Shown in pieces: positions 33,989-47,600 of a stretch of 64,000 nucleotides of DNA (its first letter is position 1; each line of letters begins with the position of its first letter). The notes beneath the pieces were generated by a model. That model saw only the letters and a list, made by a program, of their open reading frames with translations, was not told the DNA's origin and did no database searches. The DNA is from Lingula anatina (taxonomy: Eukaryota > Animalia > Brachiopoda), in assembly GCA_051362555.1 (NCBI GenBank), contig CM120640.1, positions 248,001 to 312,000 on the forward strand, in the 5' to 3' direction. The position numbers and the translations under genes are program-made.

Positions 33989-36900
33989 TTGTGTGTGTTT
34001 AGAGGAGGGGATGTGTTCTATCTAGAGGGAGTGGAAGTGTAGATTGTACTCCCAGGGTTCCTAGTTCTGCTGCCAGGTCCTCCAGTTACAGCAGGTGCTC
34101 CTTGTAACCATAGTCAGGCAGCTTTCAGACTACTTGGACCACTCCTAGCTCACAGCCAACTAGTTTACTGATAGCAGAGACAAAGTGGGAAAGTCTATTG
34201 GAGAGAGAGGGGGGTAGAAGTTACGTTAACCAGTACCTGTCTACCATGCAGATCTTATGCTTTGACAAAGCATTCCTAGACTGCCAACACCTTGCTAGCT
34301 GTTCTGCAGCTGGGATCTTATGTCACCAAGTGACCCTAATGTTTTCTTTTCTTCTGTCAGAATAATATTTTGGCAGATTTTTATATATATACATATATTA
34401 TATATTATATACACACATTTATCCAAGATAATAGTAAGTGAAGTTTGAAACTTCCTTCAGGGCATTTTTTTAGTCTAGATAATGTTTAGGTCTTGGTTGA
34501 TAAGATAAAACAATTAGATTGTAGAGAAGAATCATTGTACAATGTACAAGCACATTTGTATGTGTAAATGTTTATCTGACAGCATTGATGTCTGTACTCA
34601 AGGCCTTGTGCTCTGTCAAGAATGCGTAACAGAACTGCAAATTGATCACTGGAGGACTTAAATCGTCATAAAGTTGTAGAAAGGGAAGAAACTTTAAAAT
34701 ACCTTCATGATTCTCAGAAGTTGAACACCAATATCAGGTTTGGCATTCAATGTTAAGTCAGAAAGTATACCTCATGTCAAAGGTCACTTATCTTAGCAGC
34801 CAGTGGCAAATTTTTTTGGGAAGAAAAAATGTCTTGCAGAGCTTCACGGGCAACTATGTCAATGTAAAGCTTATGTGTTCTGCCTCACTTCAAGAGGTAA
34901 GCCTTGAGGAAGAGTGGAAACATTGGAACATTGTTGCTTTTTAAGAGAATTCACCATAAAGTGTTTACACTTAGTGTATTATATCTTTTGATAGCCACAG
35001 AATTTTATCTAGAGATTGTATGTATTTTTTCATTGACAGGCTTCTTCAATTTGAATCATCAGTCTTTCTGAATCGGCTGGGAAATAACAGTCAAACATAA
35101 TAGTAATAATGAAAATTGATTTATTTTATTATTGCTTAATATTATTCATTGTCAAATTCTTTAAAATTAACACTGATTTAGTCAAGCTGTATTTTAACTT
35201 GATGACATGTTTATGTTTAAAATCTTACGAAACTGATGTCTTGATGGCCTTATTTTCTCATTGTCAGCACAAAGCTCTTGGAGATTTGCTATTTATTCCT
35301 CAGGTTAGTGTTTTGTAACTTTTGTTATTTCAATCCACACCAAATTAGGTCAGATTACACAACTTCTCATGCTAGAAAAGATCTGAGAAGTCTAGCTTCT
35401 CTTCTGTACTTAGAACTGCAAGTCTGGAAGCAAGGAAAGGAATTGTGGTGCATTATGGGAGTATCAGGGAGTTCATGGTGACCTGAGGCATTGTGGGAGT
35501 ATCAGTAAGGTTTGCAGTGACCCAAGACAGATTGGCTTAGCAGGAAAGGAAGCAAGACATCTGTTGTGATGTTTGTGTTCTCAGTATTTTGTTACAGTCA
35601 CCATTATGCTACACCTAGGTATCATCCCATCTCACCAGTATGTGGAAGTCTGATACATTCTTAGGCCTGATAGCAGTGTTTGTTGCCTGTATAGTTCTCT
35701 CTTGTATGTTTTATATGAAACGTTTTTATATGTATATATGGCACAACTTGTTGTATGGTATCAAGTAGCTGTCAGTCAGTATGAATTTCATTGTTTTTTT
35801 GGCAACTCGTTTTGCCAAATTATTTCCCCTTAGTTTTATACGATATAAAAAAACCTCAGAATTTCAGTTAATGCTACACCACCTCCAGTTCTACTGAATC
35901 TGATTAAAGAACAACCATTTGTCAGGTCTGGTGCATCCACAAGGCTTGTCACTTGTCATGAACATACCCATTTGACCTAGGTAGAAATTGCACCCTAATA
36001 GTACCTGCAATTAGGACTGAGTGGTATGTTGAACATCTTGTAAGCCTGCCACAAGTTGTCAGTTTTCAGTATATACAATCCCATAGTGAGACTGTGCACG
36101 GCCACATTGAGGGATGACATAGTTCAGACCATGTCACATTCCATGCTTCCAGATCTAAAGCCCAGTGCCATATTTGCTGCATAGCTGGAATACCTTTTGG
36201 ACTTCCAAAAACTCCGGCAACATTTCAGTTCTTTAAGTTAGTACATTAATTACTAAACTATAAGGAAAAGAGGTATAGGGTCATTGTTTTATTGTCAAAA
36301 TAAAGCATGTAATTGAGAACCATTATATCACTAAAATATGTCATGGTAGAGACATCTATACCTTATTAGTTTTGAGGAAAGGAATTAAGATCGCATCGGC
36401 TCACAATTGTGAATTGTGGTGCTGAATTGCCAAACATCAAGTAAATGACCTGAAAAACTGAGTGAAGTGTTTGGAATAGTTGAATAAGACTAATCAAATG
36501 AAAAGGTCGTTGGAGTTTTTTTATGTTGTAATTTTCCCGCCATTGCTTAAGAATTAATACACTAATTAATTCACTGGAATCAGCATTTGAATTTATAATG
36601 CATTGTGTTCATTCAGTGCATCGGAATTTAGCAGGAGCTGTAGTAAGACTGAAAGACCTCAAATCTTCTCAGGGTCTACATAGATATTACACTGAAAGGC
36701 TATTGTTTTCATACTATTATACATTAACATTACATTTGATCATCATTTCTGCACCTAGTGCTTCTGTCGTGGCTAAAAAGCAAGGTCTTATTATTTCCAG
36801 TATATGCATGTTATTGAAGATATATATATATACATATATACTAACATAGAGAGATTAGAGCATTTGCATAGTGATCACGCAAGGATTTGCTTATTAATTC

Positions 36901-38437
36901 AGTTCCAGCCAAACCCAACATTTTTTTTTTAATAGATGAAAAATGACTGTCATGATGAACCATATTGTGGTATTAGTAAAAAGTAAATTCCAGTCATTTG
37001 GAAGGTAATGTTCAAATATATATGGGCATATCTAGGCTAGCTATAACACGAAATATTTTCACTATATGCAAAGGGCAATTTTCTTTGAACATAAGAATAT
37101 TTTAATTAGTTGTTGCTAATTAACAGATGGTGTGAGCTGCAGAAATTGGAATTCTAAGGACGAGGATTGTATGTTGTAGAGTGTGTGTTCTAACTTCATA
37201 CAGTTTCCCCTCCAGGAAGATGGCAGTTTAGGCCAGGCTGTGGCATTGAAGAATTCTTTTCTTTTCGATCTGATCATAGCACGTCTCCTGCCAATACTTC
37301 GGGGAACTTTGTCATATAAAGATACGAAAAGAAGGCATGTGTTACAGCTTTTAAATATCACTTCCAAAACTTCTCTTATGAATTTGGATATAATGGAGAT
37401 ATACTGCATCCACTTTACAATATATTTTTCCTTTGTGGTCATAGTAATTTATAGTTACCATTTGCTTGTTAATGATAAATTTGAAACCTTTAAGAATCCT
37501 ACTTACTATTTCTGTTATGGTAGGCTTGATTATAGAATCTCCACATGTATCTATTAGAGGCCAGTAGTTTTGCTGGCAGCAAAGGAAAACTACCTCCAAC
37601 CAATGTTTTATAAATTAACAATGGGCACTTGTCATAGTCAGCACTAAAATGTCAAAGCAAAAGAACCTTGTACACTGGTCAAGCAGAAAACAAACAGGGA
37701 GCTCTGTGCTAATTTTTTGCATATGAAATATGTACAGGTAATTGGATGTTAACTGTTACAAGATTAGTTTTATTAACATTGATATTGTTGTTGTCGTCGT
37801 CCAATTGGTTTTTTTGGAGATATTTTTCTTCATATTTTGCTGAACTGGATGTTAATTGCTCAAGAACTTAAGCAAACAAATTGCTTAATAGTTTTGAGAG
37901 CTTTTTTATTTTAAAGCTAGACTAAATTTTGTTGAACTCTGCCGTTGCCTGTATTATAGCAGATAGATAGTGGGATGGGTAGCTCCATGCAGTGGAGCAT
38001 TATCTTAACCTAGATGCAGTATGTGTCAGTATGGCTTTTATTTAATTTTATTTATTTATTAATTTTATTATGTATGTTGCCTCTGACAAAGGGAAGGAAG
38101 GCATCTGCAGGACCTTAGACATTCCCACAGTGAGCTTGCTTTGTCTTAGAGCTTTTTGTGTTCATATTTTACGCCATTCTGAAAAAAAAATATGTATAGA
38201 AATGCATGAGAGCATGAGAAAGAGAGAGATATTGATTGTGTAATCTTCAATATCAGAATAGCTTTATTTGTTATTTTTGTTGCATTTTTATTTGGTAATG
38301 TTGCTTATCTTATGCATATCATAAAGAAAACCTATAAAACTGTTCATGTTTCAATTCCTCCTGATAAGCAGTTGAATACAAACTAAGAAGGTTCCATGGA
38401 GCAAGTGTAAAAAATTGTAGAGACTAAAGTTGTTCAC

Positions 38438-38564
38438 GGGGGCGTCTCGATGGTCCAAAGGTCCGAAAAATGGTAAAATTTTAATTGTTTTTTAATTTCC
38501 ATAGCGAAAATTCAGACCAATGAACTTTCGGCCTGTTGAACCTTCAGACTATTGCTACAGCCTC
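38438..38564. mobile_element. 127-bp MITE with 9-bp TSD (Mutator-like)
   Basis: TSD gttgttcac at 38429-38437 and 38565-38573; imperfect TIRs gggggcgtctcgatggtccaaagg / ccttcagactattgctacagcctc. Confidence 0.7.
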
Positions 38565-39569
38565 GTTGTTCACTATGTTAAAGCTTGTCACATGGGATAA
38601 CTTACTCCTTGGCTTCAGTTAGGTTCTACAGAATTCTTAACCTTCAACAGACGTACATCCTGCACACTCCCTTGTCATATCAATATGCCCAATCTGCCGT
38701 CTTATGGAGCAATTTTATCAACTCAACATTCCAATAACATGGCATCTACTGAACTAATTTTGGACAGAAAATACTGAAATACAAAGGTTCAACAGTTTCT
38801 TTTAGCTACTTTTTTCCTTCACACTGAAGATACAATATTGTTATTAGTTTGACCTATTAAGAACTAGGTTTCATTGAGTAATAGTGAAGAAATGTGTGCA
38901 ATTGAAGATCTCAGTTTTTAACAGCTTGTCTGAAACCTGAAAATGTGCTTGAGATGCAGCAGTTCTTAGTGCCATATTTTGCTACAAGCTCTAAATAATG
39001 TATGTTATCAATATTAATAGGATAAAGACTGATGTTGCTATGCTATGAACTTATGTTTGTGCATATAGCTTAGCTGAATAGAGGACTTATATTTATATTA
39101 ATCATGCCAGTTCTTTCATATTACGCCATGTCTTGTCTGCTTTTTCGTGTGTATGAAGGACGTTTTTTTCTGGTAGAAGGGGTGGAATAGAGAAAACTAG
39201 GTAGTTATTATGCATGTTTTGTGTTGCTTAAAGCAAGTCTTATTGTAGCTGCTTTTTCCCCTCACTGTTGCTTGTGAAAGCTTATGAAGCTTGTAAAATA
39301 AACCGCACTAGAAGTGCATATGTAAATGGTACATTTGGCAATACTTCAACATCACATTGACTTCATAGCATATCAAGGTGCCTCTTCATGAAAAGTTGAA
39401 AAGCTTTCCTTATCAATTTCATTCAGCAAATAGAGATTATATAATTATAATGATTGCACAACTTTTTAGATAGAATTTTAAGTGTATCTTTCATCTTTGT
39501 GAAATAAAAGGTTTTGGTAACAAAGCAGTATTTGTATTATATTGTACCAGGGGGCTGCTTCATCACATT

Positions 39570-39740
39570 TTGTATAAAACATATTAATTTAATAAGTCCA
39601 ACTGGAAAATACATTTAGACGTGCATGCCATTCCATTTTGTGAGTGTGGAATATTGGGAGATTATGAACTCGAGTGTCCCAAAAGAATTGCTCTTAGGTC
39701 CCTTTACTTCCAATTTGAAGATTTAGACTGGAATTTTCTT
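39570..39740 (+). mobile_element. Possible decayed LINE ORF2 C-terminal zinc knuckle
   Basis: With one frameshift it reads HINL/NKSNWKIH...PFCECG...YELECPK...R, similar to the H.xLN...P.CxCG...LECP tails of non-LTR elements. Confidence 0.35.
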
Positions 39741-39967
39741 CCTTTCAATGTTGGCCAGGCAATGGGAGCAGTCAAATTGACCCCTACTCTCTCTCGTTAC
39801 CTTGACCAGTACAATCATAGGGAGGCCAGGAGAGAGCACAGTCCAAAAGTTGCGCCAAATAAGCCTCATTACCAGCAATATAGGCCTTCTTATTGGTTAG
39901 AAGGTATACATTGTTCCGGAAGGACAGTTATGCTGTTTATTGAGGACTTACAAAAATTTGGCATATT

Positions 39968-40211
39968 GGACCATTCAGATTGAGAAGAGCAGAGTGCTAA
40001 GAAGTCTGTGACCTAAATATGGTGGCGTCGTCCCTACAGGGGCACATTAATTAAATCTCGGCTCAATTCAACCGGTTGAGGGACAATGCGTGGGGAGGCG
40101 TGCGAGAGGCGGAGAGACCATTACAGGATTAGCAGTCTTCCTTTCAAGTAAGTCCACCATACTTAGGTCACAGTCTTGCTAGCACTCGGCTCTTCTCTAT
40201 CTGAATGGTCC
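39968..40211. mobile_element. MITE related to family A, with different termini
   Basis: TIRs ggaccattcagat / atctgaatggtcc; interior shares gtcgtccct...aattaaatctcggctc and gtggggaggcgtg.gagaggcggagagac with 11387 and 46741. Confidence 0.8.
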
Positions 40212-41619
40212 CTTAGTGTGGTCAACGTCCTTCAATAATTATTAATTTACACGTCTTTTAGCAAATTCTATAAGCAGAAATTACATTTCGTGGAAATGGT
40301 TTAAAACGAAATCAAGGGACGCCTTATAGACTACATTTAATGCAACACACGATTGTACAAAGAAAACTGAACTTTCACATTTATTATTCCAGCAAAATAA
40401 GACCCGTTTCCTCTGCCCAGCCAAACAAAGTGCTGGTGAAGATACAACGGTCAACATTTCTCGAGGTCTAATGTTGGAAATAATTCTTAAAATTTACTGG
40501 AGCAAGAGATCCAATTTTACACTACTAATTATTGTTTTTGTGAAAAAATAGAGGGGCTTAATGTCATGAGATGTATTTTCCTTTTAGTGAATAACAGCCA
40601 AGTTTTTTCACACACTAGAGGCATTCAAAAGCTTGGATACTGAAGTCTACTGGCTCTTGCTTCTAACAGACAGAAACACTGCAATGATGAGACATGTGAA
40701 AGCCTGTAACAAAAACAAAACATTCTGTACAAAATAGACATCTCCTCCCACTTATAACAAAGCCAACAAGTTTACTTGCAGAACACTTGAGAAAGATAAG
40801 AGCAAATCTGCAGCAACACTGGTTTCAAATGCATTGTAGTTTCTACAACCTCGTATAAAACTAAAGCAAAATTCATAAATACACTGAACATCTCAATTTC
40901 ATACTAAGACCAATAATTGTGACACAGTGAGGAAAAGTTCCAGTATTTCCAGCTACTGTAATATAACATTAAATTCAATTAATTTTATCCATTACGTATT
41001 TTTCACCAGCATTACTGTTGACAAACATTATAGAGATTTATATTGTCACCAAAAACTGAAGGGTTCTTTTTATTAAGCATGTTTCAAATGCTAGTATACA
41101 TGAGAAGGGGGGGGGGGGCATCCAAGTTGTGGACCTTCCTAATCTAAGCCTACATCAAGTCTATCAAAATGTAATAAGGGAGCATTAAACATGAAATGCA
41201 ATATGCCAATATCCCCTCTCAATGTTGCTATAGTTTTTGTTGTTGAAGCTGATATAGTGTAAAATGACATCAATCCACCAACATAGAAGGGTAGGCCAGA
41301 GATGGGGGCATTAAAAGATGGATTCTGAAGACACGCAGCTGGAAAAGCAACAAGTACATCCTACAGTTGATGAAACTGAGAGACAGGTCACACTGGCCAC
41401 AGCTGATCTCTTGCTACTGTTTGTTCAATACATATGAAACTTAGCTTAGTGCCTCCTTTCTTTTCCTTTAGCAAAATAAATATCATGCATTTTAACAATA
41501 AAGTGCTCTTTTGTTCTCTTTCAAAGATAAAAAAATGCCGTCCCCTGCAGTAAGAAAAGTCCAAATTTGAACTTGTGTGGTATTTTTCCTTCTTTTGTCA
41601 TTCCTTCCTGACATAACAT

Positions 41620-44600
41620 CTACTGCTGTTTACACTCTGGGGGCTTGCTAGGGTCAGCCTGCAACAGAAATATTAGCATCAGCTCTCTCATTAAACATCT
41701 TCAACACATAAATACACTATTCACTAGTGCATGTAGGAGGATCATGTTTGAAAATCAATTTCAACATGTTTGACGTATGTGTTAGAGGACTTGTGTAGAT
41801 CAGTAAACCCAGTAGTACCTGCCTCCATCTAGATCAGTCACTATTAGTGTGGAACAGATGACGGATGTTATCAGATATATGGTCCAGAAAGTCCCCAGTC
41901 TGGACATGTCTATAGACTTGTTACTCTCTGATGATTCAATAATTAGAAATTTTCAGTTTACGTCCTCAAAAACAAATTTCAACTGTCCTGAATGTGAAAA
42001 CTTCCATGTAACAAACAGTTTGATCACCATTTTCAAGGCAATAAAAATTATATAACAAAAGCATTAACATATATAGTTAAAGGGCAAAACCAACCAACTT
42101 TGAGGATACAAAAGGTTCACATTATTAATACACCCAGATGTATGTCTGTGTATTTGTACAGGAAACAGAAGTCTGATTACAACCCTAAGTGAATCATGCA
42201 AAGGTTCAGTGCACTGAGAATGTATTTTTTTATTTCTCATTCAAGAAGCAGAGCATTTTCACTAAAAACAAAATCCCAGTGCAAGCACCATAGTTTCAAA
42301 CAAGGGGTAGCCAAACATTACAGAATACAACTGGCCAAGATGCAAACTCTTGCACTTCTGTTGTTAACTTTTACATCAACTTTTTCTTAAAAGCTGTAGA
42401 CAGTAGGTTTATTTAAAATACAAAGGCCCATGCCTCAGCCCTTTCACAAAAAGCATGCACATTTGAAGACAGGGGGTAGGGGTACAGGGGGAAAGAAGAA
42501 GACCCCCCAATTATGTCTAAGCAAGTGTTCATGCTAGAACCAGTCCAGTGCCTGTACCAGGAAGCCATTTCCCAGACACCAGAGAACAACATTTAGATCC
42601 ATAGGAATAACAACAAAGAACACCCATTAGATTCAGAGCTCCTGGACTCGGCAAATTGTAAATAAATTAAAGCTAATTATTTAATCAATAAAAGAAATCT
42701 GCTTGTTGCTAATTCATCTTCAGCTTCAATGTTGAGCTATAGAAAATATTCACATCAATAATTTTGAACAGACCTTGACATAGACATAAAAGTAAGTCCA
42801 GTCAATGGATCGGCAGTGTAAATAATTCCAAGTATACAACTCAAAATCACCACTGTCCACACCACTAGAAAACAGGAAAAGGACGGACTTCAAATGTGTA
42901 ATTATCCCTAAAGATATAAAATGCTTTACAGCATTCAGTACAAAGAACTCTCCTGGATAGAGAGTACAGGAACTCTGAACTCTGACCTACATAAGCTGCA
43001 TTCACAGCAGGGCTAACTTAGGACTGGAAATGATGCAATTTGAACATATCCATTCCAAGTTATTCCTTCAATTAACATAACTTGGGTGCAGGATCCACAA
43101 TGCAGAAAATTGATGGAATTACCTCTGTCCTCACTAAGACTTCTCCTGCTGTAAAAACAGGGCAGATGACAGTTACTCTGAATATATCACTTCATCCTTA
43201 TACAAACCATGTATAAACTATGAAATCATCATCAATGACAATACAGACAACAAGTGACGGATATTTTACTGTCACTGTACACCTACACCAGAACAAGTAG
43301 TTCCATCAAGTTTCTAAACTGAACAGTATTCAAAAACTGATCTTTTACAGAGAAATTACCCATGTTACCTGCATTCTAAGCAGTGGTAACTGGATTTAAG
43401 TATTGTCTTTAATTTAAAATGTAAAATAGAAAAAAACACAAATAAAGATTACACTGCATTTTGAAATTAAAACATTTTCAAGTGGATTTAGCGAAATTTG
43501 CTGTAAACAGAAACCTAGGATGCTGAGATCAAGATATGCATCACATTAAAGTGTTAAAGAGAACATGTCACTTACTGGTGGTTGATAATCTGGATCTGCA
43601 TCTTCATCCTCCTCTCCTTCCTCTGCTTCTCCCTGAAACAAACAACAGCCAATTAGGTAAGAACACAACACAGCCAATAGAAAACTAGGTAACAGAACAG
43701 CACAGCAAATAAAAAACTAGGTAAGAACACAGAAGAGCCAATAGAAAAATAGGTAAGACACAGCAAAGCCAACAGAAAAGATATTCTTTATAATTCTCAC
43801 AACTTCCATAACACTAAATATGTGTACACATATACATTAGCACTGTAGTATTTTATCTATTAAATATCAATATTATCATGAAAACATCTTTTCCTTTACC
43901 TACAATGTACTTTTGTTAGCTTTTGAAATTGAAATTGTGCACAATTGTAACACAATGTATGTACAAGTCTAGAAATGAATTGAATATATCCTGATTAAAA
44001 GTACATTGTAGTTCCTTTATTTTTTTTTACTTATTATTATTATTATTATTATTTCAATATGCAACATCTGAAAATATTAATTTATGCTCCTTACCTCTTC
44101 TTCCCCCTCATCTTCAAACTGAAAAACAAAAACAAAACACTGATATCTCTACAAGAACTATTGTTCCTCTTTGCACCAAATTGATATCCCAGTACAGATA
44201 AATTCACTTCAGTGTAAATTAAACATGACATAAGCTGCAGGTTGTATAGTTCCATGTAAAAAACAAGAACTTTATTCCACATCACATCCACCACGTACCT
44301 CGTCTTCCTCCAAGGCCTCTCCAGTAAAATAAAGGACTGCCCTCGGGACCACACGCTCACGGATAAAGTGGCCAATTTCAAAATCAGCAGCCAGGAGAGC
44401 TTCTGTGTCTTCATCCTGAATTGAAGAAAACAAACACCATTTGATGCTTCTGCTAGTCCAGATCTGTTCACATTCTTTGACACAAATGTCAGTGTCCTTG
44501 CCACAAAAACTGTCACATTATCACATGCAGTCCTGGCATTATGATTGAATACAAAATAATAAACCAACTAACACCAATAAATTATAAAATATCAAACTAA

Positions 44601-47600
44601 TCATTTTATCTACCCAAAGACAAACCAAAGTCAAGGGCAGATCCAGGATTATTTGAAGGGGGGTCCGGAACAACAGGCCTCGGAAAAGTTTTTGGTGTTT
44701 TGGAGAGCAAACAGTGCCCTTTGGTACAGTTTAGAACTATGATTAGCTAGTTAAAATTCTAATTTCAAGAGGGGAATATTGGTGTGATATATTTTTCAGA
44801 AACTGAAGGGGGGGTCAGCCCCCCAAACCCCCCTAAATCCACCACTAAAAGTCCACCTACTCCTTCCTCCTCCCCATCTCCTTCAGGAACTTGTGGAGGG
44901 TTGAAGAAATTAAAAAAAGAATCATTCTGGACTGTCTTGGTGACCATCCGTGTGGTGCCCCGCCCTTTGTGCTTTTGTTTCTTCTTAATCTGCTTGATTG
45001 TCACATTCTTGCCTTTCTTCCAATCAATTGTACAGCTGCAGCAAACAATGAAAAGTTGGGAGTAAATATTTTCATCTATTCTTGTTCTTGTTTTTTTTAT
45101 TTATTTAGAAGACATTTTTAACAGCCAAACAAAATATTTGAATTGCAGTAATCACAAATTGAAATATTTTCTTCCACAAGATAGGAATATCCTTCCTACA
45201 TTGAAAATTTTATGTTTTAGGCCAAGAAATAAAGAATATTGCCTAAACAAAGCAGTCTAACATCACCTTACCCTGTGCACTTGATAATTTCTGGGCCCTC
45301 AAAAGAAGACAGATCCTCTCTGTTAGGTTCTGATCGCATTATGTAGTGCTTTGTTAGGACAGAATTGTTAAAGAACTCATTGGGTTCAAAGTGAAATTCT
45401 AGTGTAAAACCCTGGAGAAAAAGAAATTCAGATATCAGTGTTGACCAATACATACTCACTACACAATGACTTTAAATTTGTCAAATACAAAAGAAGGTAA
45501 CAAAACATGGTATTGTACGCTATTTATTACAATGTAAGGAAGAGGTGTACTCTTTAAATAATACGACCTAAAACTTTGAAAGCAATATGTAAGCAGCTGG
45601 GATGTAACCTTTAATTTGTAACCACCAATTCCTTAATCAATGATGAAATTTACATACTGTTACAACTATCATAGGTCTTACCATAGGTCCAGAGTCCATT
45701 GGTGTAAATTTGACTTTAATATCATTTAAATGTTGCAAAATGGCTTCATCATGCTCCTGAAATTCCCAGACACGAGAGATTCGTCAAAAAAATTGCAAAA
45801 TAAACACTCAACATAGTCTTTTTTGACTTATCAAAAATTTAACTACACATTGTAACTACTCCAATATTTTACTGAAGTTCTGCAGCATATTTAATTTGGT
45901 GAAGTAAAAGTAAAAATTTGTACCATGAAAAATATTTTAAACAGACAAAATGAAGAGTCCAACAGAAAGGCAGCTTTGAAATATGCATTTCACCTAAAAA
46001 AAAACAAACTAAGTTTTGGTTGCTCAATGTAATTTCTTCATTATGTAACCAAATGATTATATTTTTGTTGAGCAATGATTTTTTTTATCTGACTTATTTC
46101 TTATCTGACTAATAGAACTATCCTACAAACCTGCACCATGTCTGAGAGCATGTCAACATTCTTAAATATAGTCAACCAGAATCCTGGAATTCCACTAGGG
46201 TTCTCTGGAACAAAATGGCAAAAAATAAATCACATTAAAAAAAAAAAAACTAAAATGAGATTCAATGCTGGGGCAGATGATAGGTCGACGGAATACTTAT
46301 GTTTATATAAAAAATAATTAATCAAAACGAATTCCTGACAGTGAAAAAAAATCAATTCCTTTACTGAACTTTAGAACAGGTATCCCTCACTCAAGTTGTG
46401 CAAAATATTCTCACTTAAAGTTTTAATGTTCCTATTTGAAGGTTGTACAATTAAACATACCTTCTTCCTTTTCTCCATCATCTGTCTTCTCTTCTCCTTC
46501 TGGCGTAAGTTCTACTATTTTTGCCTTTTGTTTCAATTCATCCTGAAAAAAGAAATTTATAGTAAAATCTTCAAAAGGTAATCTTCAAAATGTCCAGCCT
46601 AACTCCTGGCTGTGTTGAGAAGTGCACACCTTCCTAAGTGCCAAGGTATCAGAAAATGTAAATGGTTGGTCTTCTGTGACAGCCTTCATCATTTAGTTAA
46701 GATTAAACAGCTTAAGATGCCAAAAATTTTAATCACACAGACCGCATTCTCAACGAATTGAGCCAGGCTTTACAAATCCTGAGAACTAAAAATGGCGGAC
46801 GTACATGGAAGAAAAACCGCCTAATCTTTTAATAGTCTCTCCTCCTCTCACATGCCTCCCCACACGTCGTCCCTGCAGGGTACAGTAATTAAATCTCGGC
46901 TCCGAACATGAATATCTCTGTGAATATCTCTGGTGATATTATCTCCGTAGATAGTCGATTCATTGCTGCTCTACGGGCCAATTCATTCCTTTTTCATCTC
47001 TGTTTTGAAAGATAATAGAACAAAAGAGCTTTTTTTCCTTCGATTGCTTTCAGCTGCCATGCTTTCTTCACCACGAGTTTAACTGATGAGCATGCGCACT
47101 TAATATTTCTCAGGTAGCTTCCGCATGGCGAACGGAGCCGAGATTTAATTACTGTACCCCGCAGGGACGACGTGTGGGGAGGCGTGTGAGAGGCGGAGAG
47201 ACTATTAAAAGATTAGGCGGTTTTTCTTTCATGTACGTCCGCCATTTTTAGTTCTCAGGATTTGTAAAGCCTGGCTCAATTCGTTGAGAATGCGGCCACA
47301 GTCTACCATTCTAATTCTTATTCCAAATAAATAAAATAAAGCCAGATCATATTTGTGTCTTATCAATGAAAAGCTGGGTAACATATAAATAACATATATA
47401 CATATATAATATTCTATTGAAATATTTAGTCCACTGTTCTGAAAACAGCCTATGTCTACTGCAGATATTCAGATATAAAGTATTTCCAGCACATTAGCCT
47501 CAATCAGACACTAATACTGATCCACTGAGGATTAAACAAGACAGATAATGATGACATATTCCATCATTCTAAGTGAAAGCCGCCTCATTATCCTGTACCT

